Of a stretch of 51,745 nucleotides of DNA, positions 1 to 8,589 are shown piece after piece. Position 1 is the first letter of the stretch. Every line of letters starts with the position of its first letter. The stretch is from Candidatus Omnitrophota bacterium (GTDB lineage Bacteria; Omnitrophota; Gorgyraeia; Gygaellales; Profunditerraquicolaceae). The notes under the pieces were generated by a model. It did not search any database, was not told where the DNA came from, and saw nothing but the letters and a program-made list of their open reading frames with translations. The stretch lies in contig JAQUOD010000006.1 of the NCBI GenBank assembly GCA_028717245.1, positions 1 to 51,745 of the forward strand, read 5' to 3'. The position numbers and the translations under genes were made by a program.

Positions 1-75
1 ATATTCACAGTATGAACAAAAAGAAAAGTCCGTCCCAAAAGAAAAAGAACTACTATTAACAATAACATGAAAACC

Positions 76-117
76 GGACATTCTTGCTTTGCTAGAAACA
101 GGACATTTTTGCCTTGC
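76..117 (+). repeat. Two direct copies of GGACATTYTTGCYTTGC (76-92 and 101-117) upstream of the cvpA promoter
   Basis: Read directly from the sequence, 25-nt register. Possible operator or UP-like site; function unknown. Confidence 0.3.
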
Positions 118-139
118 AATAACAAAGAAAGCGCTTTCC

Positions 140-168
140 TTGACACCCCTTTCTTTATATGTTATACT
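140..168 (+). promoter_or_regulatory. Sigma70-type promoter for the cvpA operon
   Basis: TTGACA (140-145), 17-nt spacer, TATACT (163-168), preceded by TGn (extended -10). Confidence 0.5.
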
Positions 169-213
169 TTAGCATCTTCCATTATTTCCACTTATAAAAA
201 AGGCAGGTGAGCT

Positions 214-798
214 ATGTTGCTAAGTACTTTAAAGCAATTTAACTGGCTGGATATTTTTGTCTTAATTCTTTTATTGCGAATAGGTTACGTAGCAATGCGC
301 AGCGAGTTTTTCCTGGAACTCTTTAAGTTCTTAGGGACTATCCTGGCTATCTTTTTATCCCTGCATTATTATATAATTTTCTCGGATTATATCGGCAGCC
401 ACATAGGAGTGAATAATATACCTTTGGAATATCTGACTTCTGTTATTTCTATTGTTTTGGGTTTTCTGGGTTATTTTATCTTTGTAGTTTTACGCAAGGT
501 TTTTTACCGTTTTATGAAGATGGAGGCAGTGCCTAATTTGAACAAGTGGGGAGCCGTGATCCTGGGTTTATCCAGGGGGGCACTGGCCGCCAGCCTGATG
601 ATATTTATTATGGTGACCTCGCCTTTTGGTTATCTGAAAGATAGCGTATCCCATGCCTATTCGGGAAAATATATTTTTAAAATTGCGCCCGCCGTATACG
701 GTAGTTTGTGGGACGGTATAGCCTCTAAGTTTATCTCCCGGGATAAATTCAACAAGGCAATATTAGATGCCCCTAAGAACCTCGAGGCCGGAAAATGA
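214..798 (+). CDS. cvpA: CvpA family membrane protein
   Basis: 194 aa. The N-terminus NWLDIFVLILLLRIGYVAMRSEF and four hydrophobic segments are typical of the colicin V production protein family. AGGTGA RBS upstream. Confidence 0.65.
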   Translation: MLLSTLKQFNWLDIFVLILLLRIGYVAMRSEFFLELFKFLGTILAIFLSLHYYIIFSDYIGSHIGVNNIPLEYLTSVISIVLGFLGYFIFVVLRKVFYRFMKMEAVPNLNKWGAVILGLSRGALAASLMIFIMVTSPFGYLKDSVSHAYSGKYIFKIAPAVYGSLWDGIASKFISRDKFNKAILDAPKNLEAGK

Positions 799-1661
799 AA
801 CTCTCCCGTATTTATCATAAGGCCGTACAATTCGGCAGGGAATATGACCCGCGCAGAAAAGCGCGCATAAATTCTTATGCGGACACCGCTATTTTACACG
901 GCAGCCCCGATACCGATGTAAAAAAGATACTGGTAGGCATAGATATCGAGGTAGCTGAATTATTACTGGCGGATAAAATCCGTCGGGAAAAAGGCCTGGA
1001 TTTAGTGTTGGCGCACCACCCTGAGGGCAGGGCTCACGCTGCTTTTTATGAGGTGATGCAATTGCAGGTGGATATGCTGGCAAGGGTAGGCATACCTAAA
1101 AAAGTAGCGCAGGAACTGGTGGATGAGCGCAAGCGCGAAGTAGAAAGAAGGGTGCTGTCCGCAAACCATATGCGCGCGGTAGACGCGGCGCGCCTTCTGG
1201 GTATGCCTTTTATGTGCGTGCATACCCCGGCGGATAACCACGTCTCGCATTTTTTAGAGGCCTTATTTAAGAAAGAAAAACCTGCAAGGGTAGAATATAT
1301 ACTGGATATTTTAAATGGAATCCCCGAATATAAAGAGGCAGGGAAGAATCTCTGCGGGCCGCGTATTATTTTAGGCAGCCCCAAGCGCCATGCAGGTGAG
1401 ATTTTTATGGAGATGACCGGCGGTACCGAGGGCCCGAAAGACGCATTTGAGAAGATGCGTAAGCTGGGCGTGCGGACCTTAGTCTCCATGCATTTAAGCG
1501 AGGAGCATTTCAAGAAAGTCAAAGACGCCAACCTCAATGTGGTTATTGCCGGCCATATCTCTTCGGATACCCTCGGCCTTAATCTGCTTTTGGACAGGGT
1601 GGAAAAAGAAGAGAGATTAGAGATAACCGGTTGTTCCGGGTTTCGCAGAATCAGGCGCTAA
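795..1661 (+). CDS. NIF3-like (DUF34-type) metal-binding protein, tentative
   Basis: 288 aa. Has an AHHPEG motif and overall resembles the roughly 290-aa NIF3-annotated proteins of anaerobes. ATGA start/stop overlap with cvpA. Confidence 0.45.
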   Translation: MKLSRIYHKAVQFGREYDPRRKARINSYADTAILHGSPDTDVKKILVGIDIEVAELLLADKIRREKGLDLVLAHHPEGRAHAAFYEVMQLQVDMLARVGIPKKVAQELVDERKREVERRVLSANHMRAVDAARLLGMPFMCVHTPADNHVSHFLEALFKKEKPARVEYILDILNGIPEYKEAGKNLCGPRIILGSPKRHAGEIFMEMTGGTEGPKDAFEKMRKLGVRTLVSMHLSEEHFKKVKDANLNVVIAGHISSDTLGLNLLLDRVEKEERLEITGCSGFRRIRR

Positions 1662-1663
1662 AA

Positions 1664-3427
1664 ATGGCAACAGGCCGTATCCCAGAGAATATATTGGAAG
1701 ATATCTTAAGCCGCGTGGATATCGTGGAATTAATTTCCAGTTTTATCCCCTTAAAACGCGCGGGAAGGAATTTTAGGGCCCTGTGCCCTTTTCATCAGGA
1801 GAAGACCCCTTCTTTCATGATTTCTCCTGACCGGCAGATTTACCATTGTTTCGGATGCGGTGCCGGGGGGAACGCCTTTAATTTCCTTATGCAATATGAA
1901 CGCCTGGAATTCCCGGAGGCAGTAGAGACTTTGGCCAAAAAAGCCGGGGTGGCTCTGCCCGAAGAGCAAAAAGAGGATTATAAGGCAGCCAGCCTCAATA
2001 CGCAGCTCTATAAAATCAATGAATTAGCCGCGCTCTTTTATGCTAATACTTTGAATTCTGCGGCCGGATTAGGGGCCAGGAATTATCTTTTAAAACGCGG
2101 CATAAACGAGGCAACTATAAAATTATTCAAGTTGGGCTTTGCCCATGATAGATGGGATGCGCTTCTTAATGATTTAAGGAGCAAGAATATAAACCTTTCT
2201 TTGTTAGAAAAGGCCGGCCTGATTCTTAGTAAAGAAGGGGGCGGTTATTATGACAGGTTCCGTAACCGGATTATTTTTCCCATATTTGATATAAAGTCAA
2301 GGCCGCTTGCTTTCGGGGCGCGGGTGCTCGATGCAACTACGCCTAAATATGTCAATTCCCCGGAAACGCCCATATACGTAAAGGGGAGGAATCTCTACGG
2401 GCTGAATTTTAGCCGCGATGCCATCAGGCAAAACGATTGCGTGGTAGTGGTAGAAGGATACCTGGACTTTATTATGCCCTATCAGGCGGGTTTTGGGAAT
2501 ATCGTGGCATCGCTGGGCACTGCCCTGACCATTGAGCAGGCGCGTCTGATAAAACGCCATACCCGTAATGTAGTCATGGTCTATGATTCCGACGATGCCG
2601 GGCAGATGGCTACTTTAAGGACGCTGGATATATTTATCGAAGAGGAGATGAATGTGCGGGTCGTATCGCTGCCTAAGGGTTTTGACCCGGATTTATTCGT
2701 GCGTAAAAACGATATCGGCAGTTTTCAGGAAAGGGTCCGCCAAGCAGAAGACCTTTTTGATTATAAGCTCGGTATTTTAAAATCGCGCTATAGTAAAAAA
2801 GATATACAGGGCAAGGCCTCGATTTGCTCCGAGATGCTGCCTACCATCAACAGGTTTAAAAATGCCATTTTAAGAGCCGAGTATATTAAGAAACTGGCCC
2901 AGGAATTGGACATAAAAGAGGAGGCCTTACTGCAGGAATTGAAGAAGGTAAAAGAGGAGAGGCCTTACCAGGATTTAAACGCTAAGGATACGCATAAGAA
3001 GGCGTTAAATATAAACCCTACAGAGAAATTATTGATAAAATTAATGCTGGAAGAAACAGAGCTTATCAATCAGCTCAGGGAAAGAATAGAGCCGGGGGAT
3101 TTTCAGGACGAGAGGGCTCACCAAATAGTCTCGCTTATGTTTGAGCTTATGGAGCAGGGCAAGGGCATAGAGCCAAGCAAGCTTATAAACCACCTTCACG
3201 ATAAAAATATCGCGCAGGTTATCTGCGAATCAACTTTATTGCCCCGGATACCTTCGGAGAATAAAGAAAATATAATCAACGATTGCATACAGCGCATCAA
3301 AGGCGAGAGATTAAAACTCAGGAAACAACGCCTGCATGAGCAGATAAAAGCCGCCCAGGCGTTAAGGGACGAGAAGCAGCTGCACAGGCTGACGCAGGAA
3401 TTTCATTCTCTAATTAAAGAGAGGTAG
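1664..3427 (+). CDS. dnaG: DNA primase DnaG
   Basis: CHC2 zinc finger [30 protein letters not shown]; Toprim motifs VVVVEGYLD and DSDDAG. Start moved to ATG 1664 (MATGRIPE...), because the track start at 1631 lies inside the upstream gene. Confidence 0.9.
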   Translation: MATGRIPENILEDILSRVDIVELISSFIPLKRAGRNFRALCPFHQEKTPSFMISPDRQIYHCFGCGAGGNAFNFLMQYERLEFPEAVETLAKKAGVALPEEQKEDYKAASLNTQLYKINELAALFYANTLNSAAGLGARNYLLKRGINEATIKLFKLGFAHDRWDALLNDLRSKNINLSLLEKAGLILSKEGGGYYDRFRNRIIFPIFDIKSRPLAFGARVLDATTPKYVNSPETPIYVKGRNLYGLNFSRDAIRQNDCVVVVEGYLDFIMPYQAGFGNIVASLGTALTIEQARLIKRHTRNVVMVYDSDDAGQMATLRTLDIFIEEEMNVRVVSLPKGFDPDLFVRKNDIGSFQERVRQAEDLFDYKLGILKSRYSKKDIQGKASICSEMLPTINRFKNAILRAEYIKKLAQELDIKEEALLQELKKVKEERPYQDLNAKDTHKKALNINPTEKLLIKLMLEETELINQLRERIEPGDFQDERAHQIVSLMFELMEQGKGIEPSKLINHLHDKNIAQVICESTLLPRIPSENKENIINDCIQRIKGERLKLRKQRLHEQIKAAQALRDEKQLHRLTQEFHSLIKER

Positions 3428-3432
3428 ATAAA

Positions 3433-4992
3433 ATGGCGAAAAGAGAATATACCAAGAAAGATGTGGAGAAAATTATTACCCTCGGCAGGCAAAAAGGTTT
3501 CCTTACCTATGATGAGGTAAACGACCTTCTGCCTGAAGGGGTTTCTTCTTCCGAAGATATTGACAAGATCCTTGACCTCTTGGGAAACGAGGATATACAG
3601 GTTATAGAGAGCGAGGATGAGAAGGAGGCGGAAAAACGGGCCGCGCAGTCTAAAGACGACCTTTTAAGCGAACAGCTGAAGATAGAAGAGAGGTTCCTGC
3701 CTTTGGATGACCCGGTAAAGATGTACCTTAAGCAGATGGGTTCCATATCATTGCTCTCCCGGGAAAACGAAATAGAATTAGCTAAAAAAATTGAGGCAGC
3801 CGAGGAGAAATTTAAGATAGCGGTATTAGCTAATAAGTTTGTGCGCAGGGAAATATTATTGGTGGTCGATGACATCCTGGATGAGAAGGTAAATCTGGAA
3901 GAGGTGGTCAAAGAAGGGATAAAAGTAAAGAGGAATGATATCCTCAGGAAGATTAAAAAGATCACCCGGCGCTTAAAGATTACCCGCAGCGAATCCAAAG
4001 CAGTCAACCTGATATTGCAGTTTAATTTCACCACGTCGGTAATTGAAGTAGTTTTACGCCGGTTAATGGGCCTGGCGCGGGAACTGGATCATATCGAGCG
4101 CCAGAAGATATCAGGGCGTTTTGGCACAAGAAAAAAGCGCGCCCAGCTGGATTCCCGCAGGCGCCTTATTTTAAGGCGTATCGGCGAGCCCTACCCGAAG
4201 ATAAAAGAGCAGATGAAGTTAATAAAATCGGCGCACCTGAAATTTAACCGCACTAAAAAACTGCTGGTGGAGGCAAATTTAAGGCTGGTAGTGAGCATCG
4301 CTAAAAAATATACCAACAGGGGCTTATCTTTTCTGGATTTAATCCAGGAGGGCAATATTGGACTGATGCGCGCAGTAGAAAAATTTGAATATAAGAGAGG
4401 TTATAAATTTTCTACTTATGCTACCTGGTGGATCAGGCAGGCGATCACCCGTTCTATCGCTGACCAGGCACGCACCATCAGGATACCCGTGCATATGACC
4501 GAGACCATCAATAAAATCATCCGGCTTTCGCGTATCTTCGTCCAGGAGAATGGCCGTGAGCCCACGCCCGAAGAGATCGCCCAGAAGATGCGGCTGCCCC
4601 AGGAGAAGGTAAAGGGTATATTGAAGATTGCCCAGGAACCTATATCTTTACAGATGCCTATCGGAGACGAAGGCGACACGCATTTCGGGGATTTTATCCA
4701 GGATAAAAAAGCAGTCTCTCCGGCAAACGCCACAGTGCGCACCATGTTAAAAGAAGAGATGGGTTCGGTTTTAGGCACGCTTACGGATAAAGAAAAGAAG
4801 ATACTGGTCCTGCGTTTTGGCATAACCGACGGCTGCCCGCGCACCCTCGAAGAGGTGGGCAATGTTTTTAAGGTTACCCGCGAAAGAGTGCGCCAGATTG
4901 AAGCCAAGGCCTTAAAGAAGTTACGCCATCCTACGCGCTCGCGCAGGCTGCGCAGCTTCCTGGATATGACCCTGGTACACCAGAGGGAGTAA
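3433..4992 (+). CDS. rpoD: RNA polymerase primary sigma factor RpoD
   Basis: Region 2 motifs [54 protein letters not shown]; region 4 [28 protein letters not shown]. Confidence 0.95.
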   Translation: MAKREYTKKDVEKIITLGRQKGFLTYDEVNDLLPEGVSSSEDIDKILDLLGNEDIQVIESEDEKEAEKRAAQSKDDLLSEQLKIEERFLPLDDPVKMYLKQMGSISLLSRENEIELAKKIEAAEEKFKIAVLANKFVRREILLVVDDILDEKVNLEEVVKEGIKVKRNDILRKIKKITRRLKITRSESKAVNLILQFNFTTSVIEVVLRRLMGLARELDHIERQKISGRFGTRKKRAQLDSRRRLILRRIGEPYPKIKEQMKLIKSAHLKFNRTKKLLVEANLRLVVSIAKKYTNRGLSFLDLIQEGNIGLMRAVEKFEYKRGYKFSTYATWWIRQAITRSIADQARTIRIPVHMTETINKIIRLSRIFVQENGREPTPEEIAQKMRLPQEKVKGILKIAQEPISLQMPIGDEGDTHFGDFIQDKKAVSPANATVRTMLKEEMGSVLGTLTDKEKKILVLRFGITDGCPRTLEEVGNVFKVTRERVRQIEAKALKKLRHPTRSRRLRSFLDMTLVHQRE

Positions 4993-5022
4993 GTGTCATT
5001 CCGCCGCTTTTCTCGCTTACAA

Positions 5023-5094
5023 GGTAGCGGGTCCTGTCTTGGGTATTTTTTCGCCGCACACCGCGGCTCAAAAACACCCAAGCCACCCGCTAAA
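5023..5094 (+). repeat. Mini-hairpin of the structured repeat family, copy A
   Basis: Nested stems TAGCGGGT/ACCCGCTA, CTTGGGT/ACCCAAG and GCCGC/GCGGC, with an asymmetric CCTGT bulge. The closing sequences match those of the full-length element. Confidence 0.6.
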
Positions 5095-5148
5095 CTCTCG
5101 TGTCAGCTCGAAAACCGCCAGATTCATTTGTGAATTGACAGGTTATTT

Positions 5149-5314
5149 TAACGGATGGCTTGGCTTGGTTTCGAACAGCATGTAGTTTATGCGAGCGGCC
5201 AGGGTTCACCCGCTATAAGGATATTGGTGAGAGCGAGCAGAAACTTCAAGCGAGATTTTCCTCGGCGGGGAAAATCGAGCGGTGCTGTGAGAAACTAAGA
5301 CAAGGCAGCCGCTA
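5149..5314 (-). ncRNA. Candidate structured RNA / structured repeat, full-length copy A (homologous to 26142-26313 on +)
   Basis: The reverse complement aligns with the 26.1-kb copy over long identical blocks (TTTCTCACAGCACCGCTCGA, GGTGAACCCTGGCCGCTCGCATAAACTACATGCTGTTCGAAA). An internal 8-bp hairpin carries a double compensatory change. No ORF. Confidence 0.45.
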
Positions 5315-5363
5315 AAGCGTTATCCTAAGTCTATGAACTCTGCGTTTCCCGCTTAATTTTCCC

Positions 5364-5392
5364 TTGCCAAAAACCCTTTAAAATAGTAATAT
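5364..5392 (+). promoter_or_regulatory. Sigma70-type promoter for the tRNA pair
   Basis: TTGCCA (5364-5369), 17-nt spacer, TAATAT (5387-5392), about 15 nt upstream of the tRNA 5' end. Confidence 0.4.
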
Positions 5393-5407
5393 ATAATATT
5401 ACTTTGC

Positions 5408-5481
5408 GGGCCCATAGCTCAGCTGGTCAGAGCAGTTGACTCATAATCAATTGGTCCGGGGTTCGAATCCCTGTGGGCCCA
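5408..5481 (+). tRNA. tRNA with CAT anticodon (elongator Met, or Ile2 if lysidinylated)
   Basis: 74-nt cloverleaf folded by hand: acceptor GGGCCCA/TGGGCCC, D arm GCTC..GAGC, anticodon loop CTCATAA, T arm CGGGG-TTCGAAT-CCCTG. CCA is not encoded. It lacks initiator features (position 1-72 is paired, and there is no run of three G-C pairs in the anticodon stem). Confidence 0.9.
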
Positions 5482-5489
5482 GTTAGTCG

Positions 5490-5563
5490 GGGCGATTGGC
5501 TCAGTTGGTTAGAGCGTTGCGTTCACATCGCAAAGGCCACAGGTTCGAATCCTGTATCGCCCA
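5490..5563 (+). tRNA. tRNA-Val (CAC)
   Basis: 74-nt cloverleaf: acceptor GGGCGAT/ATCGCCC, D arm GCTC..GAGC, anticodon stem TTGCG/CGCAA with loop TTCACAT, T arm ACAGG-TTCGAAT-CCTGT. CCA is not encoded. Confidence 0.92.
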
Positions 5564-5575
5564 TATTTAAGACAA

Positions 5576-5671
5576 GTGGGCTGACGTAAATGTCCTCCCG
5601 CACGTGTATTAGGAACAATGGCGGGAGAATCCTTCTGCGCCCACCAGATAACGAGTAGAGGCTAAAAGATG
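5576..5671 (+). other. Fragment resembling an internally deleted piece of RNase P RNA
   Basis: ACGAGTAGAGGCTAAA-GATG (5651-5671) matches rnpB 6974-6994 at 20 of 21 positions. Upstream blocks TGGCGGGAGA (5619-5628 vs 6955-6964) and GGGCT..ACGTAA.TG are colinear with rnpB. Confidence 0.5.
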
Positions 5672-5688
5672 CTGCCAAAAGGAAGACG

Positions 5689-6399
5689 GTGATTGATTTA
5701 AAGACACAGATAGGTTGCCTGGTTAATTTACAGACAATAGACAGTGAGATCTATACCCTGAAGAACGAATTAGCATCAAAGCCTAAAGAGATCGAAGTTA
5801 TTGATGCTGCTTTTGCAGAAAAGAAACAGCATCTGGCCGGGCTTGAGGCAAACCTGTTAAACTTACAAAAACAGAGAAAAGATAAAGAGCTGGAATTGGC
5901 CTCTAAAGAAGAAGGTATCAAGAAATTGCAGGGCCAGCTTTATCAACTCAAAACAAATAAAGATTATCAGGCCATGCTGCAGCAGATAGCGGGTGAAAAG
6001 GCAAACAGCTCGGTGATAGAAGACGGTATTTTAGGGATTTTTGAGCAGTCGGATAAAATAAAAAATGATATTACCCGGGAAAAAGAGAAGCTCCAGGAGG
6101 AAGAAAAGTCCAGCCAAGAGCAGAAGAAGGCTATACAGGACAGGTCAAAAGAAATAGAGGAGCGGCTCGTTCAGCTGGAGGCGCAGAGAAAGCAGGTCCT
6201 GCCGAATGTGGAGCGTAAGATGCTCGCTCAATATGAGAGGATATTGCAGAACCGAGACGGCTTAGCCATAGTCAGCGTCAAGGATAATTCCTGCGGGGGG
6301 TGTAATATGTTTGTGCCTCCCCAGGTAATAAACCTGATAAAGATGTACGAGCGCATCATTACCTGCGAGGTCTGTAACAGGATATTATATATCGAATGA
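5689..6399 (+). CDS. COG1579/DUF164 coiled-coil protein with C-terminal C4 zinc ribbon
   Basis: 236 aa, GTG start. Long heptad-rich coiled coil followed by CGGCNMFVPPQ...CEVCNRILY. Confidence 0.75.
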   Translation: MIDLKTQIGCLVNLQTIDSEIYTLKNELASKPKEIEVIDAAFAEKKQHLAGLEANLLNLQKQRKDKELELASKEEGIKKLQGQLYQLKTNKDYQAMLQQIAGEKANSSVIEDGILGIFEQSDKIKNDITREKEKLQEEEKSSQEQKKAIQDRSKEIEERLVQLEAQRKQVLPNVERKMLAQYERILQNRDGLAIVSVKDNSCGGCNMFVPPQVINLIKMYERIITCEVCNRILYIE

Positions 6400-6836
6400 T
6401 GCAGAAACTTGAATTATATATTGACGGTGCCTCCAAAGGTAATCCCGGCCCAAGCGGTGTCGGCGTAGTTATCTGTCAAGACGGCCAGACTATTAAAAAC
6501 ATATCTAACTTTATCGGCAATGCCACTAATAATATTGCTGAATATACCGCCTTAATCCACGGCCTGGAGGCAGGGCTTATGCTACGCGCAGAGAGTATTA
6601 GGATAAATACCGATAGCCAGCTTCTTTACCGGCAGGTAAAAAAAATTTATAAAATAAAGAATCCTAATATCCTGGGCCTATACAACCAGGCAATACGGCT
6701 TATTTCGGCTTTTAAAGAGTTTTCCATCAATCATATCCCGCGGGAAAATAATAAAGGCGCGGATAAATTAGCGAATCAGGCGGTAAAACAAGCGTTCTTT
6801 AAAAAACAGGGCAGGCAGAAGGTGGCCGCCCCGTAA
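6396..6836 (+). CDS. rnhA: Ribonuclease HI
   Basis: LYIDGASKGNPGPSGVGVVI, NNIAEYTALIHGLE, INTDSQL and HIPRENNKGADKLAN supply the DEDD catalytic motifs. ATGA overlap with the upstream gene. The last 28 nt overlap the 5' end of rnpB. Confidence 0.85.
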   Translation: MMQKLELYIDGASKGNPGPSGVGVVICQDGQTIKNISNFIGNATNNIAEYTALIHGLEAGLMLRAESIRINTDSQLLYRQVKKIYKIKNPNILGLYNQAIRLISAFKEFSINHIPRENNKGADKLANQAVKQAFFKKQGRQKVAAP

Positions 6837-7237
6837 TTAAGCGGGGAGGAAAGTCCGGGCTCCAGAGGACAACGTAATGGGTAATACCCATCCTGCGTAT
6901 GTAATGTACGCGGAGGATTTCCGCCATAAATTTTGGCGGACCCGCCAATCTTTTTGGCGGGAGAGCCACAGAGACGAGTAGAGGCTAAAGGATGTAACCC
7001 GAAGATCCTTCGGATGCTTTCAGCATCCTCAGGATCACTTCTCGGCCTACGGCCTCGAAGTGAAACGAGGTAATCTCTACGCGGAGCAAGGTAAAATAGG
7101 GGATAAGCGCTGGTCCGGCGCGTTATAAGTCCCGGGTAAGCTGCTTGAGCTTTGGCGGTAACGCCAGGGTCGAGAGGAATGGCCACTAGATGCGCGTATT
7201 CGTATCGAAAACAAAACTCGGCTTATTCTGCCTGCCC
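6809..7237 (+). ncRNA. rnpB: RNase P RNA, bacterial type A
   Basis: P1 GGGCAGGCAGAA (6809-6820) pairs with TTCTGCCTGCCC (7226-7237). P3 hairpin CCCCG-TAATTAAG-CGGGG. CR-I GAGGAAAGTCCGGGCTCC. GGAGCAAGGTAAAATAGGGG, GGGTAAGCTGCTTGAG and CR-V ACAAAACTCGGCTTAT are also present. Confidence 0.92.
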
Positions 7238-7247
7238 ATCTAAAAAA

Positions 7248-7318
7248 GTGTCAAAGTATCAGGGTATCGAAGCGTCAAAGTTTTTCTTTGATACTCTGAC
7301 ACATTGACACCCTGACAC
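7248..7318. repeat. Word palindrome of the TGTCAA/GTATCA/GACAC family
   Basis: GTGTCAAAGTATCAGGGTATCGAAGCGTCAAAG - TTTTT - CTTTGATACTCTGACACATTGACACCCTGACAC. Imperfect inverted arms made of 6-8-nt words. Confidence 0.7.
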
Positions 7319-7347
7319 AAAACTATAATACTTAAGGAGGAACGAAA

Positions 7348-8103
7348 ATGTCCGGTCATTCAAAATGGAAGACGAATAAAGGCAAGAAGATGGCTGCAGA
7401 CGCCAAGAAAGGCGCTGCCTACACCAAGCTTATAAAAGAAATTACCATGGTGGCGCGCGAAGGCGGCGGCAACCCCGATACCAATATCAGGCTGCGCACA
7501 GCTATGGCCAGGGCCAAGGAAGCAAATATGCCTTCTGATAACGTGAAGATGGCCGTAAAACGCGGTACCGGAGAAGTGCCGGGTATAGTTTACGAAAATG
7601 TGACCTATGAGGCATACGGGCCCGGCGGTGTAGCTATTATGATAGAGGCGTTCACCGATAATAAAAACCGCACTACTGCGGAGTTGCGCAATATCATGTC
7701 CAAGAAAAACGGTAACCTCGCGGGCGCAGGTGCGGTGAGTTGGATGTTTACCAAAAAGGGCTATCTCCTTATTGAAAGGAGCCAGGCCGAAGAAGAAGCG
7801 CTGATGACTATTGCCTTGGATGCCGGGGCAGAAGATTTTAAGTCAGACGATAAGAACTACGAAATTACAACTTCCGTACAGGACTTTGAAAAAGTAAAGC
7901 AGGCCATAGAGAGTAAGGGCATAAAATGGCAGGATGCCGAATTGACCATGATACCATCTTCAACCATCAAATTAACGGGTGGCGATGCAAAGCAATTATT
8001 GGCGTTGATAGATGCGCTGGAAGAACACGATGACGTGCAGCAGGTCTATGCTAATTTTGATATACCGGATGAAATTATGGAGCAGATCGCCGCCAGCGAA
8101 TAA
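7348..8103 (+). CDS. yebC: YebC/PmpR family DNA-binding transcriptional regulator
   Basis: MSGHSKWKT..K..AADAKKG..YTKL, the canonical family N-terminus. 251 aa. AAGGAGG RBS. Confidence 0.9.
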   Translation: MSGHSKWKTNKGKKMAADAKKGAAYTKLIKEITMVAREGGGNPDTNIRLRTAMARAKEANMPSDNVKMAVKRGTGEVPGIVYENVTYEAYGPGGVAIMIEAFTDNKNRTTAELRNIMSKKNGNLAGAGAVSWMFTKKGYLLIERSQAEEEALMTIALDAGAEDFKSDDKNYEITTSVQDFEKVKQAIESKGIKWQDAELTMIPSSTIKLTGGDAKQLLALIDALEEHDDVQQVYANFDIPDEIMEQIAASE

Positions 8104-8106
8104 AAT

Positions 8107-8589
8107 ATGCGGATATTGGGCATTGACCCGGCCTTAATCGTTACCGGATACGGCGTAATCGATATAAAAAATGGCAAACCCTTACTTTTGGAGGCAGGGA
8201 TAATTACGACTCAATCCCAAGAGGCAATAACTAAACGGTTAGATAAAATATACGGTTCAGTAACGAAGTTAATCCGGGATACTAAGCCGCAGGTGATGGT
8301 CCTGGAAAAATTATACGCGCATTACCGCCATCCTACTACTGCTTATCTTTTAGGCCAGGCGCGCGGCGTGATCTGCCTTGCCTGCGCAAAAGAAAATATC
8401 CTATTAGCCGAATACGCCGCTACCCGCGTTAAAAAGGCGATTGTGGGGCGCGGGTTAGCTTCTAAATATCAGGTGCAACGCATGGTAGCAGGCATCCTTA
8501 ATCTGAATACCTTGCCTAAATATACTGATGTGACCGATGCCCTGGCTTTAGCCATTGCCCATAGTTATATTATGAGAGTCAGAATATGA
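8107..8589 (+). CDS. ruvC: Crossover junction endodeoxyribonuclease RuvC
   Basis: MRILGIDPAL..TGYGVI, the VLEKLY region and TDALALAIAH. Confidence 0.9.
   Translation: MRILGIDPALIVTGYGVIDIKNGKPLLLEAGIITTQSQEAITKRLDKIYGSVTKLIRDTKPQVMVLEKLYAHYRHPTTAYLLGQARGVICLACAKENILLAEYAATRVKKAIVGRGLASKYQVQRMVAGILNLNTLPKYTDVTDALALAIAHSYIMRVRI

Noticed and set aside
4416-5081. 221-aa minus-strand ORF overlapping the rpoD 3' end and the mini-hairpin
   Set aside because: It is antisense to the most conserved part of rpoD (regions 2-4), and its 5' part is encoded by the non-coding hairpin repeat.
5408-5481. tRNA(CAT) as the initiator tRNA-fMet
   Set aside because: Position 1-72 is a normal G-C pair, and the anticodon stem (GTTGA/TCAAT) lacks the three consecutive G-C pairs characteristic of bacterial initiators.
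6776-7186. 136-aa minus-strand ORF
   Set aside because: It lies entirely antisense to the RNase P RNA gene, whose conserved helices and CR-I/CR-V motifs explain the region.
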